Origin: Gnetum montanum
Lineage: Eukaryota > Plantae > Gnetophyta
Length of the DNA: 60,795 nucleotides
Assembly: GCA_015680685.1 (NCBI GenBank)
Contig: MNCI01001105.1
Location: forward strand, 3,213 to 64,007
Direction of reading: 5' to 3'
Shown here: one piece after another, positions 12,816 through 27,300 of the stretch
Layout: every line of letters starts with the position of its first letter
Numbering within the stretch: position 1 is the stretch's first letter
Notes under the pieces: generated by a model
The model's input: the letters and a program-made list of their open reading frames with translations, nothing else
Told to the model about the DNA's origin: nothing
Databases searched by the model: none
Position numbers and translations under genes: made by a program

Positions 12816-15117
12816 AAGGAATCTAAGGTCCATTTTCTGAACAATTGCCTATGATTTCAGTCATGGGGGAGATGCCTTATCCTAACTTAGGAATTAATAA
12901 GTTCCTTTTTAACATTTTTGTTTTCTCATTTTTTTTTATTTATAATTTTTGTTACACCTCTTTCTTTTCTTAATACTTTTTCACATTCTTTGATATATTT
13001 TCCTATTCTTTTATATATTTTAATTTCTTGATAATTTCTCAATTCTTTGATATTCTCTAATTCTTTGACAATTTTTCATTCTTTTTATTTTTTCTAATTT
13101 TTGACATATTTTCTAATTTTTCATGATTTTCATGTTTTGTCTTATTTTACTTGTACATGTTACTATCAATTTTCTAATAAAACACATCAAATAAGGCAAG
13201 ATGTAGTTCCAATATGGTGAAGCTTCCCTATGTTATCGATCATGAGGGACTAGTGATCTATATAGTGAGACCACAACATCTATCCACCCATTCCAATAAT
13301 AAGAGGCTCTTACCATGGCCATAATGATATTCTTTCCATAATAAGACTAAGAATAAACTTGTGATCATTATGCTTGGACTAATGAGTGAACAACCAAGTG
13401 GGAATGCAAAGGTTGTGACATCAAGGGGATTTGTGGGTTTTTTGGATTCCTACTATAAGTTCTATCCTATTGCCAAGGAGGTATTATATCTTTGTAGATC
13501 TAACAAAAAATGGGAGTAAGAGTACAATAAGTGCTAACTTACCATGTTATTAGAAAGACATGTTATCCATGCCTAAAGGTAGTCCTTTGGTAAGGTTGAC
13601 ACACATAAAAATAAATCCATACACAGAATAAATTTCTAGGGGTCTCACTAGAAAGACATGTTACCCATGCTTGAAGATAGGCGACTTCTTAGAAATTTCA
13701 AAAGTAAAATAATAAAGAAGTGCAATGAATAAACTCCTTCCTTGGACAATATGCCAAGTGGTAATACTCTTTGAAACTATGGTAGTCTTATGGTTGTGAT
13801 CCTAAGAGATGAAACAATGTGATGTCACTAGAACATGGCTTGGACTTGGTTTGAATCTTGAACATAAGGGCTAATGATTACCTTAACCACTAATAACACG
13901 TAAGGATTCATTATGCCTATGGGAAGATACCTCACGTCTCGATTTCAGCAATCCTTTCTATAGTCCATTTCACCTCACTATATATTTAATCACAACTTAT
14001 GGTTTTGAATAACATAACATGATTTTCCCAACTTAGTGATACTAACATGTGTTTTTTGCTAGATAGGTATGCTCTACATTCAACTCGTTGAGGTCCTAAG
14101 GATACTTTTAGATGTGGTTATACAAGGGCACTAAGGGCTGGAACCTGCTTTGGGGAGGACCCACTTATATAACTTGTCTTTCATACCTGGCAAGTAATTC
14201 CACATCATCTTGTGCCTTCTATAAATAGCTAAACATTAATAAATAGTTCCCTTACCATTCAATAATCTGTCCATACAGCAAATATTCCTTACCCATCTCT
14301 CATCCATCTTATATACCCATAACCAACTTTCATAGCTCAAAATTCCTTCTTTATGAACTCTAAACATCCAATTTCTGCACTTTGAGCATCATGGCTATTC
14401 TAATATCCTCTAGAAATGCTTGTTGTATTCCTACCATAAAGTTTGACTCATTTTCTCCATCAAAAAATTGAAAATTTTTGAGGTAACATCATTGATACAA
14501 TGTATGAGACCCTCATACATTGTTGATTCGATGTTGTATCAATAATGCTGTGTGAAAAAGATTCTATATATAGGCATGGGGAGTTGGAAAAAATTTTCGT
14601 TCTTGTCATTTGCCTTAAGAAGAGTTTTTTCTTTTCTTCTTTTGAGCTCTAACATCCTAACTTCCACAAGCTATAACTTTGCTCCTATAGCTCCGATTTC
14701 CAAAATTCCCTAATCTTATTGATCATAGAATGCTCAACTTGTTGTGGGGGGATGACATCGAAGAAAATCTAAGCCAAATTTTTGAAAAATTACCTAACTC
14801 TAAAAGATAGTTTAAGGGTAAGTAAGATAAAATATAAAGAATATTATCATGTATTTAGTACATTCAAGCCAAGTGATTTAATAAACTCTCCTAATAAACC
14901 ATTCCAACCAATTCTAAGGTATTCTAAAGAGATAATAAGTATGAGAGGTTATGCAAACTAAAGACATCATATCTAAGGGGTTTCTTTTTGAAAATTTCTC
15001 TAACTCTACAATCATAATATAATAAATACGTAATCTAACGAAGGGAATGAGCAAGGTAAAGAACTATTTAAAAATGATATGGACATTTTAATAATCTTAA
15101 ACCCTTATGGATTGCAG

Positions 15118-17900
15118 ATGGACTTGAAAAGGATACCAAAAGGAGGACCCTCACAACTGATAAGCAAAAGACCAAGAAGTTGAGGGAGAGGCTGCAATGA
15201 AGAACAAACTCCAATAGTAGAGCACGTAGAGCAGGAAGCCCAATCTTTCAACATTCACTAGCAAACACCTACTATTGAGTAATCTACCCAAGTGGAGGTT
15301 GAAGCACCACAAGCACCAAAACAAGGATAGCACCTCACACTATTGCTTGAATGCCTCCAAGTCATCCAAGAAAAGTCTAGCATGTCTACAATAATTGTGG
15401 AACTTAATTGTGGTCCTTTATGGATATTTCACCAGAGGCCATCAAAACACAACTTCAATCATCTCCCCTATGGCCTACCTTATCAACAAGTGAAGAGTGG
15501 TACTTAGGGAAAATCCTTCAATTTTGGAAAAACAAACAAGCTGGTGCCACAATTAAGATCAAAGGAATTTCTATGTCATATTTAGTGGAGGTGACAGCGA
15601 AAACCCTCAATCTACGAAATGAAGGGGCTAATGTCAAACAAATATCAACATGGTCTTATATTGATATGAAGAGATTGTGGTTACACAGATACCATGGCAA
15701 GGAAGATAAAGAATATAGTGAGCTGACTATACAAGAGAAAATATATTTTAAGACTGGTACTTATCATCTATTCCCAACAAAGCGACTTAATAGAATATCA
15801 ACTTATGTAGCCAAAGGAAGTGCCATATTGATGCAAAAATTCAATGTCAATATCGCCCATCAATACTTCCTTAAAATCAAAAGGCAATTTGAAGAGAATA
15901 CGGTGGAAAAGCCAATGCTATCATTTCCTTGACTGATCCAGAAGCTATGCAAATAAGCAAGCATATTGGATTACACAAATGATGTTTTGAGGAAAGCTCA
16001 AAATGCCTCATATGCTAAAATGTCAAAACCTATGCCTCCAAAGAAAAATCAGTTGGAAAAGCAGGCAGGTACTAAGGAAGCTACTACCTTAAGTCCTATT
16101 GAAACCATCCAGACAACTATTTAACAGCAACAAGCAGGACCCAATAGCCAACAACCAACTGATCAGCAGCAACAACAGCAAGTTCCACCACCGCCGCCAT
16201 AGGATTATAGACCCTTAATGAGCCATATACAACATATTGTAGATACAATTAGCTGGGGAACGAGAGAAGGGGCTAATCTCTATACAGTGATTGATAATGC
16301 AATCAAGCCCACAATTTCCACAAACCCTACCAATGGGTAGATATCATTGTAGCCAGGAGGAGGGGATGAATGGTCACAAAAAATATTAGGGAACACTGCA
16401 TCATTCCAAGTAATGTTGTAGATTGGAGAAGGAGCCACATTAGTGGTAATGCAGCATCAGGATGTAGTGGAAACCATTGAAGTGATCATTGATCACATCA
16501 AGAAGTCTTTTAATGCCCCTATTGTGCCACTAATGGATCTTTCCAAAGTAAGAGACGCTCAAATGCTAGTTGGTTCCTTAATGATCCTTGCTAAACGCAA
16601 AGATGTACTTGGCAAACTACTACAAACATGACAAGTCATGCAAAATCTCTTTGATATCCCCAACGATATCACTATAGTCCAATCTGATTTAATAGCCACT
16701 AAGGGAATGTTGGTCATGGTAGAGACTAGGGTAAAGCATGCTAAGAATGAAGTTCATAGATTACAAGAACAACTCGTGACCCTGAGGGCAGAGAAAAGAG
16801 ATCCAATGCAATTCACTACGTCTAACAAACTTGATCAATTCCAAACAGACCACATCAATCGCCTCATTGATCATAACATGAGGATGGAATATGATAAGGA
16901 AATTTAAGATGCATCAGTAGCAAAGACACAAACATATGCACATGCCAAAGCATTAGTCGTCTTACAAGAAGAGAATAAACAATTAGTTATCAACAATGCA
17001 AGGTTGACCAATGTGGAGAAACAAAAGAATGTCCTCGAGGAGAGTATTCAGCAACTCTGAGAGCAACTGATTTGGGTCAACCAAGACATGAGCTGCTTAA
17101 CCAAGGAAAATAAGACCTTTTCAATGAAGGAAGTTCGTGCAATTGGACAAAAATCTGCAATTGAGATTAGCATATGGCAAAATGAGGTCAAAAAGCATGA
17201 ATGGCTCAAGAAGCATTTTCGTGATTAGGTGGACATGTATCAGCAAATCAATGAGAAAGAAATCCATATGGCTAAAGCCAAGATCAATTCAATTTCAGCA
17301 CAAAATCTAGACTCTTGGATAGCATAGCCCATGTCCACCAAGCTGAAATTGAAAACAAAGACCTACAGATCAAGGATCTCACAGAGTACATGAGATTAGC
17401 TAATATCCAATATGCTAACCTTAGCCATGTTAACAACAGGCATGTCTAGAAATGAGTTAGAACAATAGGTAGCAATCATATATGCTCTATATGAGAAAGA
17501 GTTTGTTGACAGAAAGGATGCACTACAGAAGTTACACATAGAAAATTCAGAAGTAAAAGTTGTTAAGGCTAGCTATCAGGGCCAAAACCATGTGGTAGCA
17601 ACCCTAGCTAGGAAAATGTTTGATTATCAGGAGTTACTAAAGATGGCCAAGGCGTTTGAGAAAGAAAGGCAGTAGTTTACAGCATGGTACATCAAAGCAA
17701 ATAAAATGTTCCTATAGTTACCATGCCCATGGGATGTACTGGCCCCATCACACATTGCACAAGAAGCATGGACAATACATGATCCTAGGACAAAAGAGGA
17801 AAAGCTTCAAGTGTTTCTGAATCGGTATCAATTTAAAAAGCTTGATGATAAGGGGGAAGCAACCAATGGAGGAGCCACCAGCACCGAGAACCTGATCTAC
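15118..17900 (+). pseudogene. Athila env-like extra ORF (Transposase_32-like domain, Q/P-rich linker, long coiled coil), fragmented
   Basis: ORF 15408-15932 carries ...QFWKN...IKIKG...LNL..EG...VNIAHQYF...MLSFP*LIQKLC, matching the family pattern LPFPSLITxLC. It lies between the pol end and the 3' LTR. Heptad-rich fragments at 16443-17700. Confidence 0.72.
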
Positions 17901-18983
17901 ATCAAGCTATTCCAAATTTTGTTTTGTTTTGTTTGTTTTGTCATGAACTCATGTCAAAATTTTGTAAACACCACTGCGAGATTTAGAGTCATGTAAATAG
18001 TTTATCAATCACATATAGTCAAATATACCTCTCAATTTTGTAAGTAACTCCATCCTCATTTTGTTTTAACTTAAGGACAAGTTTCCAATCAGTCGTGAGG
18101 ATATGATAAAATCAATTTTTTTAATCAAAATGATATCGTAGCAACAATGTCATTGATACAATGTCAACACTCTTAATAAGTCATCGTTGATATGAAGTCT
18201 TGGAATGTGTGCACCCCTATAAATACAACACTTGGGTGCACAATGCGCATAACTTTCATTCTCATAGTAATAGAACTCTTGCAATTTGATTTCTTAGCTT
18301 AGAGTTAGTGATAGTAAATGCCCACAGTGTGATGTGTCATTGTTGAGTTGAATCTTTATTTGAGCATGTTGTACTTGGGCACAAGTTGTGAACGGTAATA
18401 AAGATCGAAACTATTTCCCATCATTGCAACATTCCCTTATTTCTTTATGTTTACTTAGCATAATGTTTACTATGTTCTTAGCTTAACATTTACATTTCTC
18501 AAGTACTTTATTTTTACTTGCTAATAGTAAGCAGAATGGATACGACTAATTTCAAGTGTTAAGTATGGTCATTTGGTAATCTCAATAGTATTATTGCTTC
18601 GTTCGCCCAATAGCGAAATACTTGGTAATCCCAGTAGCAATTACATGAGCCCAAGACGTGTGCACTAAATCAGGAACAATTATCCATCACCTTAGGCTAG
18701 AATAGATTTACTTACTTATGATTACTTAGACTTAACATTTACTTTCACCTTCATTATGTCTACGCATAGAAGTTATTTGGGCCACACAACATCAATTACC
18801 GTACACCTCACAGTGAGCTAAACCATACACTTATACTTTACTAGCTCCACGTGGAAAGGCAATGGTCACAAGCTTAACTCAATTACTAAGTATAATAACA
18901 TTGTCCATCCACAGATTACAATTAGGTTCTGTGAACACTCGTGACTTATATGGTTGGGTGTTGGTTTACTCCACCGCTCATCA

Positions 18984-19904
18984 AATAACCTATGAAATAA
19001 CATCTAATTTTTCAATCACAATAGGTCTACATCAAAGGTATGCACTTAGCCCATACTTATTTGCTATTATTATAGATGAATTAACAAATGAAATATAAGA
19101 TGAAATCCCTTGGTGTATGCTATTTGCAGATGATATTGAATTGGTAGATACATCTTAAGAAAATATTGCTACTAAAATGTAGAAGTGTAGACATGCTTTA
19201 GAATTAAAAAGCTTAATATATGAAATGCAATTTAATGACAGCATAAACAATGGTAAAATAGAAGTAACTATTCAAGGAAAAAAAGTCTCTCACTGTAAAG
19301 AATTTCACTACCTAGGATCAATCTTTCAATCAAATGGTAAAATTGATAAGATATTTCAAATAGAATTAAGGGAGAATGATCAAAATGGAGATAAGCCAGT
19401 AGTGTTCTATGTGATAAAAGATTACTAATAAAATTATAAGGAAAATTTTACAGGACAGCAATTACATTCTGCTATCTTATATGGTGTTGAATGCTAGGCA
19501 ATATAAAAGAGGCATGAACAACAAATCAATGTGGTAGAAATGCAAATGTTTCAATAGATGTTAAATGTTACTAGAAGAGATAAACTACATGATCCAAACA
19601 TCAAAGGAAGATTTGGAGTGGCTTTTGTTTCAAATAAGCTACAAGAATGGCAACTTAGATGGTTTGGACATGCGCAAAAAAGATCAAACAATAAGCCTAT
19701 ATGCAAAGGTTACTATATCACTGTTCTAAGAAAGCCACCAAAAAGAAGACCAAAGAAAACATGGAAAAAAATGATCAAAGATTATTTGAAGAAACAACAA
19801 ACAAACAAAGATCTAGTTTTTCATAGAGGCAAATGGCAAAAAGAAACTCATGTAGCCAACCCCATTTGGTTAGAACAAGGCTAGAATGATGATTATGATG
19901 ATGA
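18984..19904 (+). mobile_element. RTE-clade LINE 3' fragment (RT), cut at its 5' side by Athila A
   Basis: ITIGLHQRYALSPYLF..IIDELT..I*DEIPWCMLFADDI, YLGSIFQSNG and LRWFGH; ends GCCAACCCCATTTGG...AAGGCTAG plus a (GAT)n tail. Confidence 0.9.
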
Positions 19905-21342
19905 CTCTTAAAGAATTATAAAACAATACAATAATGCCTAAGTATGACTCTAACTAGTAATCTCTTGCCTATTAATCATTGTCAAACAATGAGCTAACCA
20001 CTTATGCCACCTTTCATTGACAAGCTCATTTAAAGTTAGATAAATCAATTACAACTTATCATGATGCACATTCATTTTATTTGCAATTGTAAGACTGAAA
20101 CTAAATGTATTTAGTTATATCTAATAATAAACCACACCAATTTCACAATTCCTAACAATGGGAATTGAATTCAATTTAAAATATTTGATTGTATTCACAA
20201 TTTTAACTTGTGTATTATTCAATTTAAAATCATATTTTTTATTCAACCTACCATAATTTTTGTTTTCATTGATTGATATCTTTTTCAATCATTATAATAC
20301 CTTTATTTCATAAACATGGCCCAGGAATTCGATGATAATTTTCTATGATCTGAATATACATTTATTCTACAGTTTAGCACATCTAAGCAATACTCTTATC
20401 AAGGCACAAACTGCAACTCCTTTTCTTTAAAATACATTTAATTTTAAGTCCAACACTCCCAACCACAAACTGCATGCTCCAAATGAATTGCTGCTTACTA
20501 ATTAAACTTACCAATTAAACAAGTTGCATGCAAAACCGAGAGTCGAACATGTGATCTGAGATATTGAGGTGGGTTAATAACCCGACAAAAATTAATAAAA
20601 TCTTTTTATTTACTGTATACAAACGAAAAACATATATCATCAACATATGTACCCCGAACTGACTCTTTGTTATATATGCCCTATGCCTAGGTAAACAATT
20701 ATCAACATCAACAGTGATTAAAGATGAACAGCTGTTACTGGCCATGGCCTCCGGAAACGCGCATTTGATAAGAATCATAGCCTCAATAAAAGAATTACGA
20801 AAATTTCACAAATTCTGAATCAGAAATTTATTTTAACCTCAGTACAAGATGCAGGTATTCCCGTAACCTGGATAAAAATTAATAACGGACTGAACTTACC
20901 CTTAAAATAGTTATGATTTTACCAAGACACTATGCTCAGCTTTGAATCCAACATTCACCATGACTTTTCCAAATAATTTGGAGAAGATGAATAGCTCGAA
21001 TGTAAATCTCGAATTAATATTCTCTGCTCAACCTAGCCAGCATTTACAAATTTGCACAAAGTGCATGTGAAAATACAAATGCATTAAACAGTTGCTGATC
21101 CTACATTCCACCCACCAGCATGTTACAGAATTTCCATAAGCTGTGTGTAATATACATTTGCTCAGGCTTAACCAGACCATTCGCACACTTTTGAAAGCAG
21201 AAACATCAAAATATTCTGCCAAAGCAAGAGCTATACATTCCAACATTCTGGCTCTGCCAGAGAAAACTGTTAACATCACTCCTGACGGCCTGCAACTGCA
21301 CCTCCACTTTTGTGGGGAAGAAAAACAAAAAATCGAGGTATT

Positions 21343-24300
21343 TCAATAAAACTTCATTATATCCATTGTAACAGAACTGCGGTCGTTTCCGCTCTGTGGA
21401 CGGCCTCGTGTTGGTGTTGGTGGCCTCTGAACATTCAATTCCTGACAACAAGATGATGATGATGATGATAATCAGTTTTTATGTGGAAACGCAAGATGAT
21501 CATCATCGCAAGAAAATGGGATCGCTGAGACCTAAATGGAAAACAAACAAAATAATAATAATAATAATAATCACCTGCATCCATGTGTCTTCTAAATGAC
21601 CCTCTGCTGAATTCTCTGGAGATGTCATTGCAGGAGGTAATGGATGTATTAATTTTGGAACCACTACAAGGTCTCTGCCAAGCACTAATATTGCTCCCGC
21701 ATTGTTTGCAGTACCTATAAAGTGATGACAAAAGATCTTATTGAAATTTCTAGGAAATGAAAGAAGCTAATGCAAGCTGGGAATGCCATTTACCACAATA
21801 ATTTGTGGCAGAAAACAGGGTTATAAGATGGCCTTGCGCAAAACGCTCGAATCCATCCATCACACATTCATGTGCTCTAACAATCAGCTGTAAATCATTG
21901 TTGTTGCAGAATTCCATTACTCTATCAGGCTGCAGGAAAACAAGTAAACAAACAATACTTCATTCAAATGTACAAATCATAGACGCGAATCTCCAAAAGC
22001 AAACTGGTAGTATCCTCGTAGTAATCATCACACTTAATTCAAAACCACCTCTGCTTATAATATAGCTTCATATAAACGCGTCATTAGCTAATAATACTGA
22101 CAACAGGTATAACACTAACATTAAAAGCTGGTTAATGAAGGAATAGAAACATGGGGATAAATGAATTATTCGAAACTCACCCCAAATGTAACAAGGCCTG
22201 GCCCTCTAGCATTTGGTCGTAATCCTGCTACACTATCATTCTCAGTTGGATCAGACCTGGTAAACCAAAAAATTAGTCACTTTTCACTTCTACAAAAAGA
22301 CAGAAAATGGGCTCCGCAATTAACTAATTCATAAATTGCATGCTCATATTAACCCACCAAAGTATATCCATGAGGATTATTGAGCCTGAATCCATGCTTA
22401 TAGGTCTTTGTATTTTTTCTATTTGTTCAATGTGGTTGATCGACCTGCCAATTCCACCATGCATGCAGATGATTTTTTTCTCTATGAGGGCAGCAAGCGG
22501 TAACCAATTAAACAACTGATTTAACCGATGCCATGCCCAAATACCATCTCTCTCACCCTGCCCATTTTGCCAAATATGTCAATATGTTCCAATATACACA
22601 AAGTGGTCCTCAGGATAAGAAAATAATAATTTCATTATGTACCAATCGTTCAATGCATTCAAGTCGGAATCCAAAAAGGGCATTGATATCTGCAGCTTCA
22701 TGGTTACCCCTTATAAGATGAACATTGTGTGGATACTCAACCTGAGTTTTTTCAACAAGAGAAAGTTGCATGAAATAAGGATATGGATCAACGCTATAAT
22801 AAAAGGGTATCTAAACGAAAAATTTGTAACATGTACCTTCAGTGCAAGCAGAAGACATATTGTTTCCAAACTATGTTGTCCTCTGTCTACGTAATCCCCA
22901 AGGAAAAGGTAATCAATATACCTGGCAAATCATAGTACCTTACAGTAAGCACACAACTGAAAGTTTCAGCGATGCATGAGTGACTGAATGAAATAAAAGA
23001 GTACTCGTACGAGGGAAGCCCCTCCCCTGCCACACAGAAATGCTGTTTCGATAACATAATTCAACGTACCCTGCTAAATGTTGATCATTCTACCCCCTAT
23101 TTCCTCACTACCAAGTCTTACGGAAATGAATGGTAAACATTAAACATGTTATCATGGCCTTCCAACAGAAGATCAGATCCAAAAGCAAGTCTGGATTTAG
23201 CTGATACCATTATGTAATGCTATTTGAAAATTTCTAAGAGTTTCTGCTTCTTACACTCTGAAACGACACTACTTTTAAATCTCTTCATCATCAGTGATAC
23301 TGAATAATATAATTTGAATCCTCTTCATCATCAGTGATACTGAATAATATGAACTGAAGTGGTTATTTATTTGTATCCTTGCAAATGTTTATTGGGCAAT
23401 TCTAATTTCAATGTTAAATGATAAAATATTTATACTAATACCCATAACTCAAAACATCCGTGTCCTATTTATTTTATTTAGAAGTAAAGAATACACAACC
23501 ATTCGTAATTCTAAACAGAAGACATGCATAGCCATGTATTAAAAAGGTTGGACCTTCACATCTACCGGTTAAAATAGGAGAAATCCATCCACAAATGTAC
23601 CAATAACATAATAATTTCACATTTCCTGATGCAATTCATCAAGAACATTTAGGCATACAAACTGTTGCTTAGAAGATTCAAAACCATTTGACCTTTTAAC
23701 CTTTATTGTGATACCCATCAAATCAACCGGCAATAGCTTCATTCATGTTGGATTCCAGCTCTAAAACTCATCTTCGTTACCTACAGGTGCACATTCATTG
23801 CAGACAGCCAGAGCAAAGAGTAGCAAATACAAGCTTGTTCACATCAAAAGCCAGCAAAACACTATTCCCTCACAACCTAAGATGTGCTCACATATGAATT
23901 TTGATTTCAAGTTGCGAAAAATAAAAATAAAAAACAAAACAAAATGGTTTAACCAAAACCAGAAGTAAATCAAAACCGCTAAATAAACCATTCCCACAAA
24001 AGTATATACAACTATTTTCACAATAAATTTCCTCGTCACCATCATCCTACCCTTCTCCTGAATGCATAGGGTTCGATTTATGAGTTCAGTTTTGTATTTC
24101 TTCTTTCCGATACTTCCCATGTTTTTCTTTTTTTTTTTTTTTTCTTTCCCTTTTTTTGCATTCCTCTTTGATGCTTTCAGCAAAAATGGCAAAGCCATCT
24201 ACGACAGCTACCCCTAACCACAGCCACTCTTCCTCAATTATACTACTCAATTTCATCGAAACCAATTCAATAACCTAACCACTGTCACTCTTCCTCAAAT

Positions 24301-27300
24301 ATACTACTCAATTTCATCAAAACCAATTCAATAAAATATAAAAAGGCTCTATCGAATAAAATATTATGTCACATCAACAACAGATTATCTTGTCTACTAC
24401 TCCATTTAGCAACAAAGGGATAAATAAATCCACGAATGGCAACCTAAGGTAACGGATACTTACGAAATGTCTCCAGCGGTTGATGGAGCACCATACTCAT
24501 CAAACAGACGCATGAGATCCCCAAACTGCCCATGTAAATCACCAAATATTTTTACTGGGGCTTTAATTTGAAGAACACTAGGCTCTTGGGAAAATATTCG
24601 CTCTGCACTCTCACAAAGATCTTGGATTTCATTGCAATCGAAAAAGAACTGGCGACGAACTGGTGGCTTCCAACCCCGAGGCTTTAACAAATTTGCCAAA
24701 ATCTGTTTCAAGTAAAAATAGTTACGACAGCATAAATAACATAATACAAACATATTTTTTAGAAATAATTACATCCATAGAGAACAAAATGGACTGACAC
24801 TTACCTTCTTTGGGACACTATTGATAGACATTTGTCTATCTAATAATTTGCGAGCAGCACTAGCATTCTCAGGTGTGCCATAGCTCACCCTCTTACCTTC
24901 ATTTTCAAATTGATCTATGGAGAGGGATCTTACCAAGCCACCAAGGGCCCCACCAGTTTCTGCAGCAACTACCACCTACAAAGGCATAGGAAAAAAAACT
25001 TCACATTCGTTAACAATGAAGAGTTAACTATTCAAATAATCCAAACAGGAAAGCCTCTAGTAGAAGAAAATTATTATTACAGCTCTGTGGTGAAGCCTGA
25101 CACCAACAGGAGTAGCATAGTTGCCAGCAACAGACTCCGAAGGCCTGCTCAGTGAAGATAACTGTTTTCCACTTGGAGTTGCCTCGGCACCACGATCTCT
25201 ATCGGGGTGTTTATCTAAATCTCCATTACTTTGCCGAGCTTTTGCTGCAGCAAGTGTGGCAGCAATGGCCTCTGCTTCAGCTGTTGAGGCCTCGACAAGA
25301 GATTCAACACCTTTGCCTAACCTTCTGTAACATAATTATACACACCTCATCATAATCTGGAAAATTCAAGTAGCAAAGTTCCTTGAAAGTTCAGTAAAAT
25401 GATAGCTAGATAAACAGCATTACTTACAAGAAGGATAGAAAACTACCTTTGCCCAGGAAGAATTGCATTTTCAGTACTAATGTCTCTAAACATATCTCCA
25501 TTAATAGGAGGTGCCACAGGGCTTCCCATTACAATTGAACCTCCATGAACAGGATCAGAAGCTGCATGTCTAGATGGTCCATCAACATAAACATTTTTTG
25601 TGGTATTTCCTCCAGAGTGAGAATTAGCATTAGTTGATGATGCAGCTATTGCTGCTGCATGGGCAGCTGCTGGTGTTGTTTCTGCTGCAGCAAGGTCTTC
25701 AGCTACAAGAAGATCATCTAACAACACACCTGTGTTGCGTAAAAAACAGTTTTATGTTAGGTCTACGAAACAAGAAATGCATGACAAGCTCTTAATATGC
25801 AAACCCTTAAAAGGTATCCATGAAAATAAGATTGATAGCACCACCGACCATTTGGCACTATTAAAACTTTGTTTTTCAACACTTTAGTCTAGGCAAAATC
25901 CCATGATTAAAAACTGATTTACACATGCTATTCATAAATCCTATGTAAAACGCAGGATACTGCAGTCATCATTTAAGGTATACATACACATGCATATATG
26001 CTAGCAGCATGTATATCGTCACGTTCCTTGGCAATTCAAGTTATCCTTAAAATTACAAGTTTATACCTAAATAATAAGGTTTTCAATGAATTGCAATTTC
26101 AAAAATGATTCCCAATTTGACCGAAAGCTGCAATTTCAAATAATGATTCCCAATTTTGACTGAAATTCATGAACAAACATCATTTCGTGATTGTAGAAGC
26201 TAATGTTCATTCTTCACAAATGAGGATGCTGTCAATTAAGGTGCTGATGTAATGTGGATTATGTTATGAAGATGGAAAATCATTCTCATCTTAATGTTAG
26301 GTGTTCAAATTTTGACAAAGCTAGGTCTCGTGTTTGAGTCTCAGTCCAATCAATTTAGTTACTCTTTATAAAACCATTTGTATTTAAAAAGTCTCCAAAA
26401 AAAATAAAGCCAATGAATTCAGCCTTGCGAAAAAAAATAATATTGGGAAAGATACAGAACCTAGTATGGGGACCACCACTTGGAGGAATGGTAAGGTACT
26501 TGCTTCTCAAGTTGTAAGACCTAGGTTCAAGCTTGAGACCTAGGTTCAAGCTTGAATGCAGCAACTTGAAAAAGGTTATGCTTTCACTCATCCACCAACC
26601 CTCCCAGGACTCCACCAACCCTCCCAGGACTCCACCTACCCTCCCAGGACTCCACCTTGGTGGGATGAGCATTAAGACTCTGGGTGATTATGCTCAAAGA
26701 TAACTTATTGCAATACATCTTAGGCCATTTGTTTGCATTAATAAACTTAGCCTCAACTACCTGAACCGTTGACAGTTTTCTGAAAGTCATTTATCATTTA
26801 TCATCCTCTAGCACACATTATCTATCTGTTTATACATTTACCTACCTTGATATCATATTGGGTCAGAGCGTTCATTTATCTTCTATTGTGTTACGGTATA
26901 TCTGGCTTTTTTATATATATTTCTACTCCATTGTGTAGCATCTAACTGTTTCTCTCCTTCATATTGCACCGAGTCACATCTAGAAGTTTCAGCATCTAAG
27001 AATCTCTTACCTGAAGTATTACTTCGGTATATTTCACTAGATCAATGTCATCAAAACTCTGTTTGGTGTTTTCTTTCCATGGACAGCTCTATACCGGTCT
27101 TCTTTATGTTATTTGCCAAAATAAACAGTTAATAAATAGATAAGGATTAATTACGTTGTCTAATGACATGATCGCCACCTTATTCATGCATCCAAGGAGA
27201 CACATAGGAAAACAAAATACTATTGGTGCATGGTCCTCACAGAGTTTCTGGCCCTAGGGCTGGCAAGATAAGAGGTCGCATATGCTAATCACTGGATCAT

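Larger units (their letters stand above)
8403..18983 (+). mobile_element. Athila-like Ty3/gypsy element A: non-autonomous (gag, protease, env-like ORF; no RT, RNase H or integrase)
   Basis: Homologous LTRs at 8403-9064 (5' end missing) and 18104-18983 (TGATA...CTCATCA). PBS TGGCACCATTGTCAAGGA at 9066-9083 resembles the tRNA-Asp PBS TGGCGCCGTTGCCGGGGA. PPT-like AGTCGTGAGGATA precedes the 3' LTR. Confidence 0.88.
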
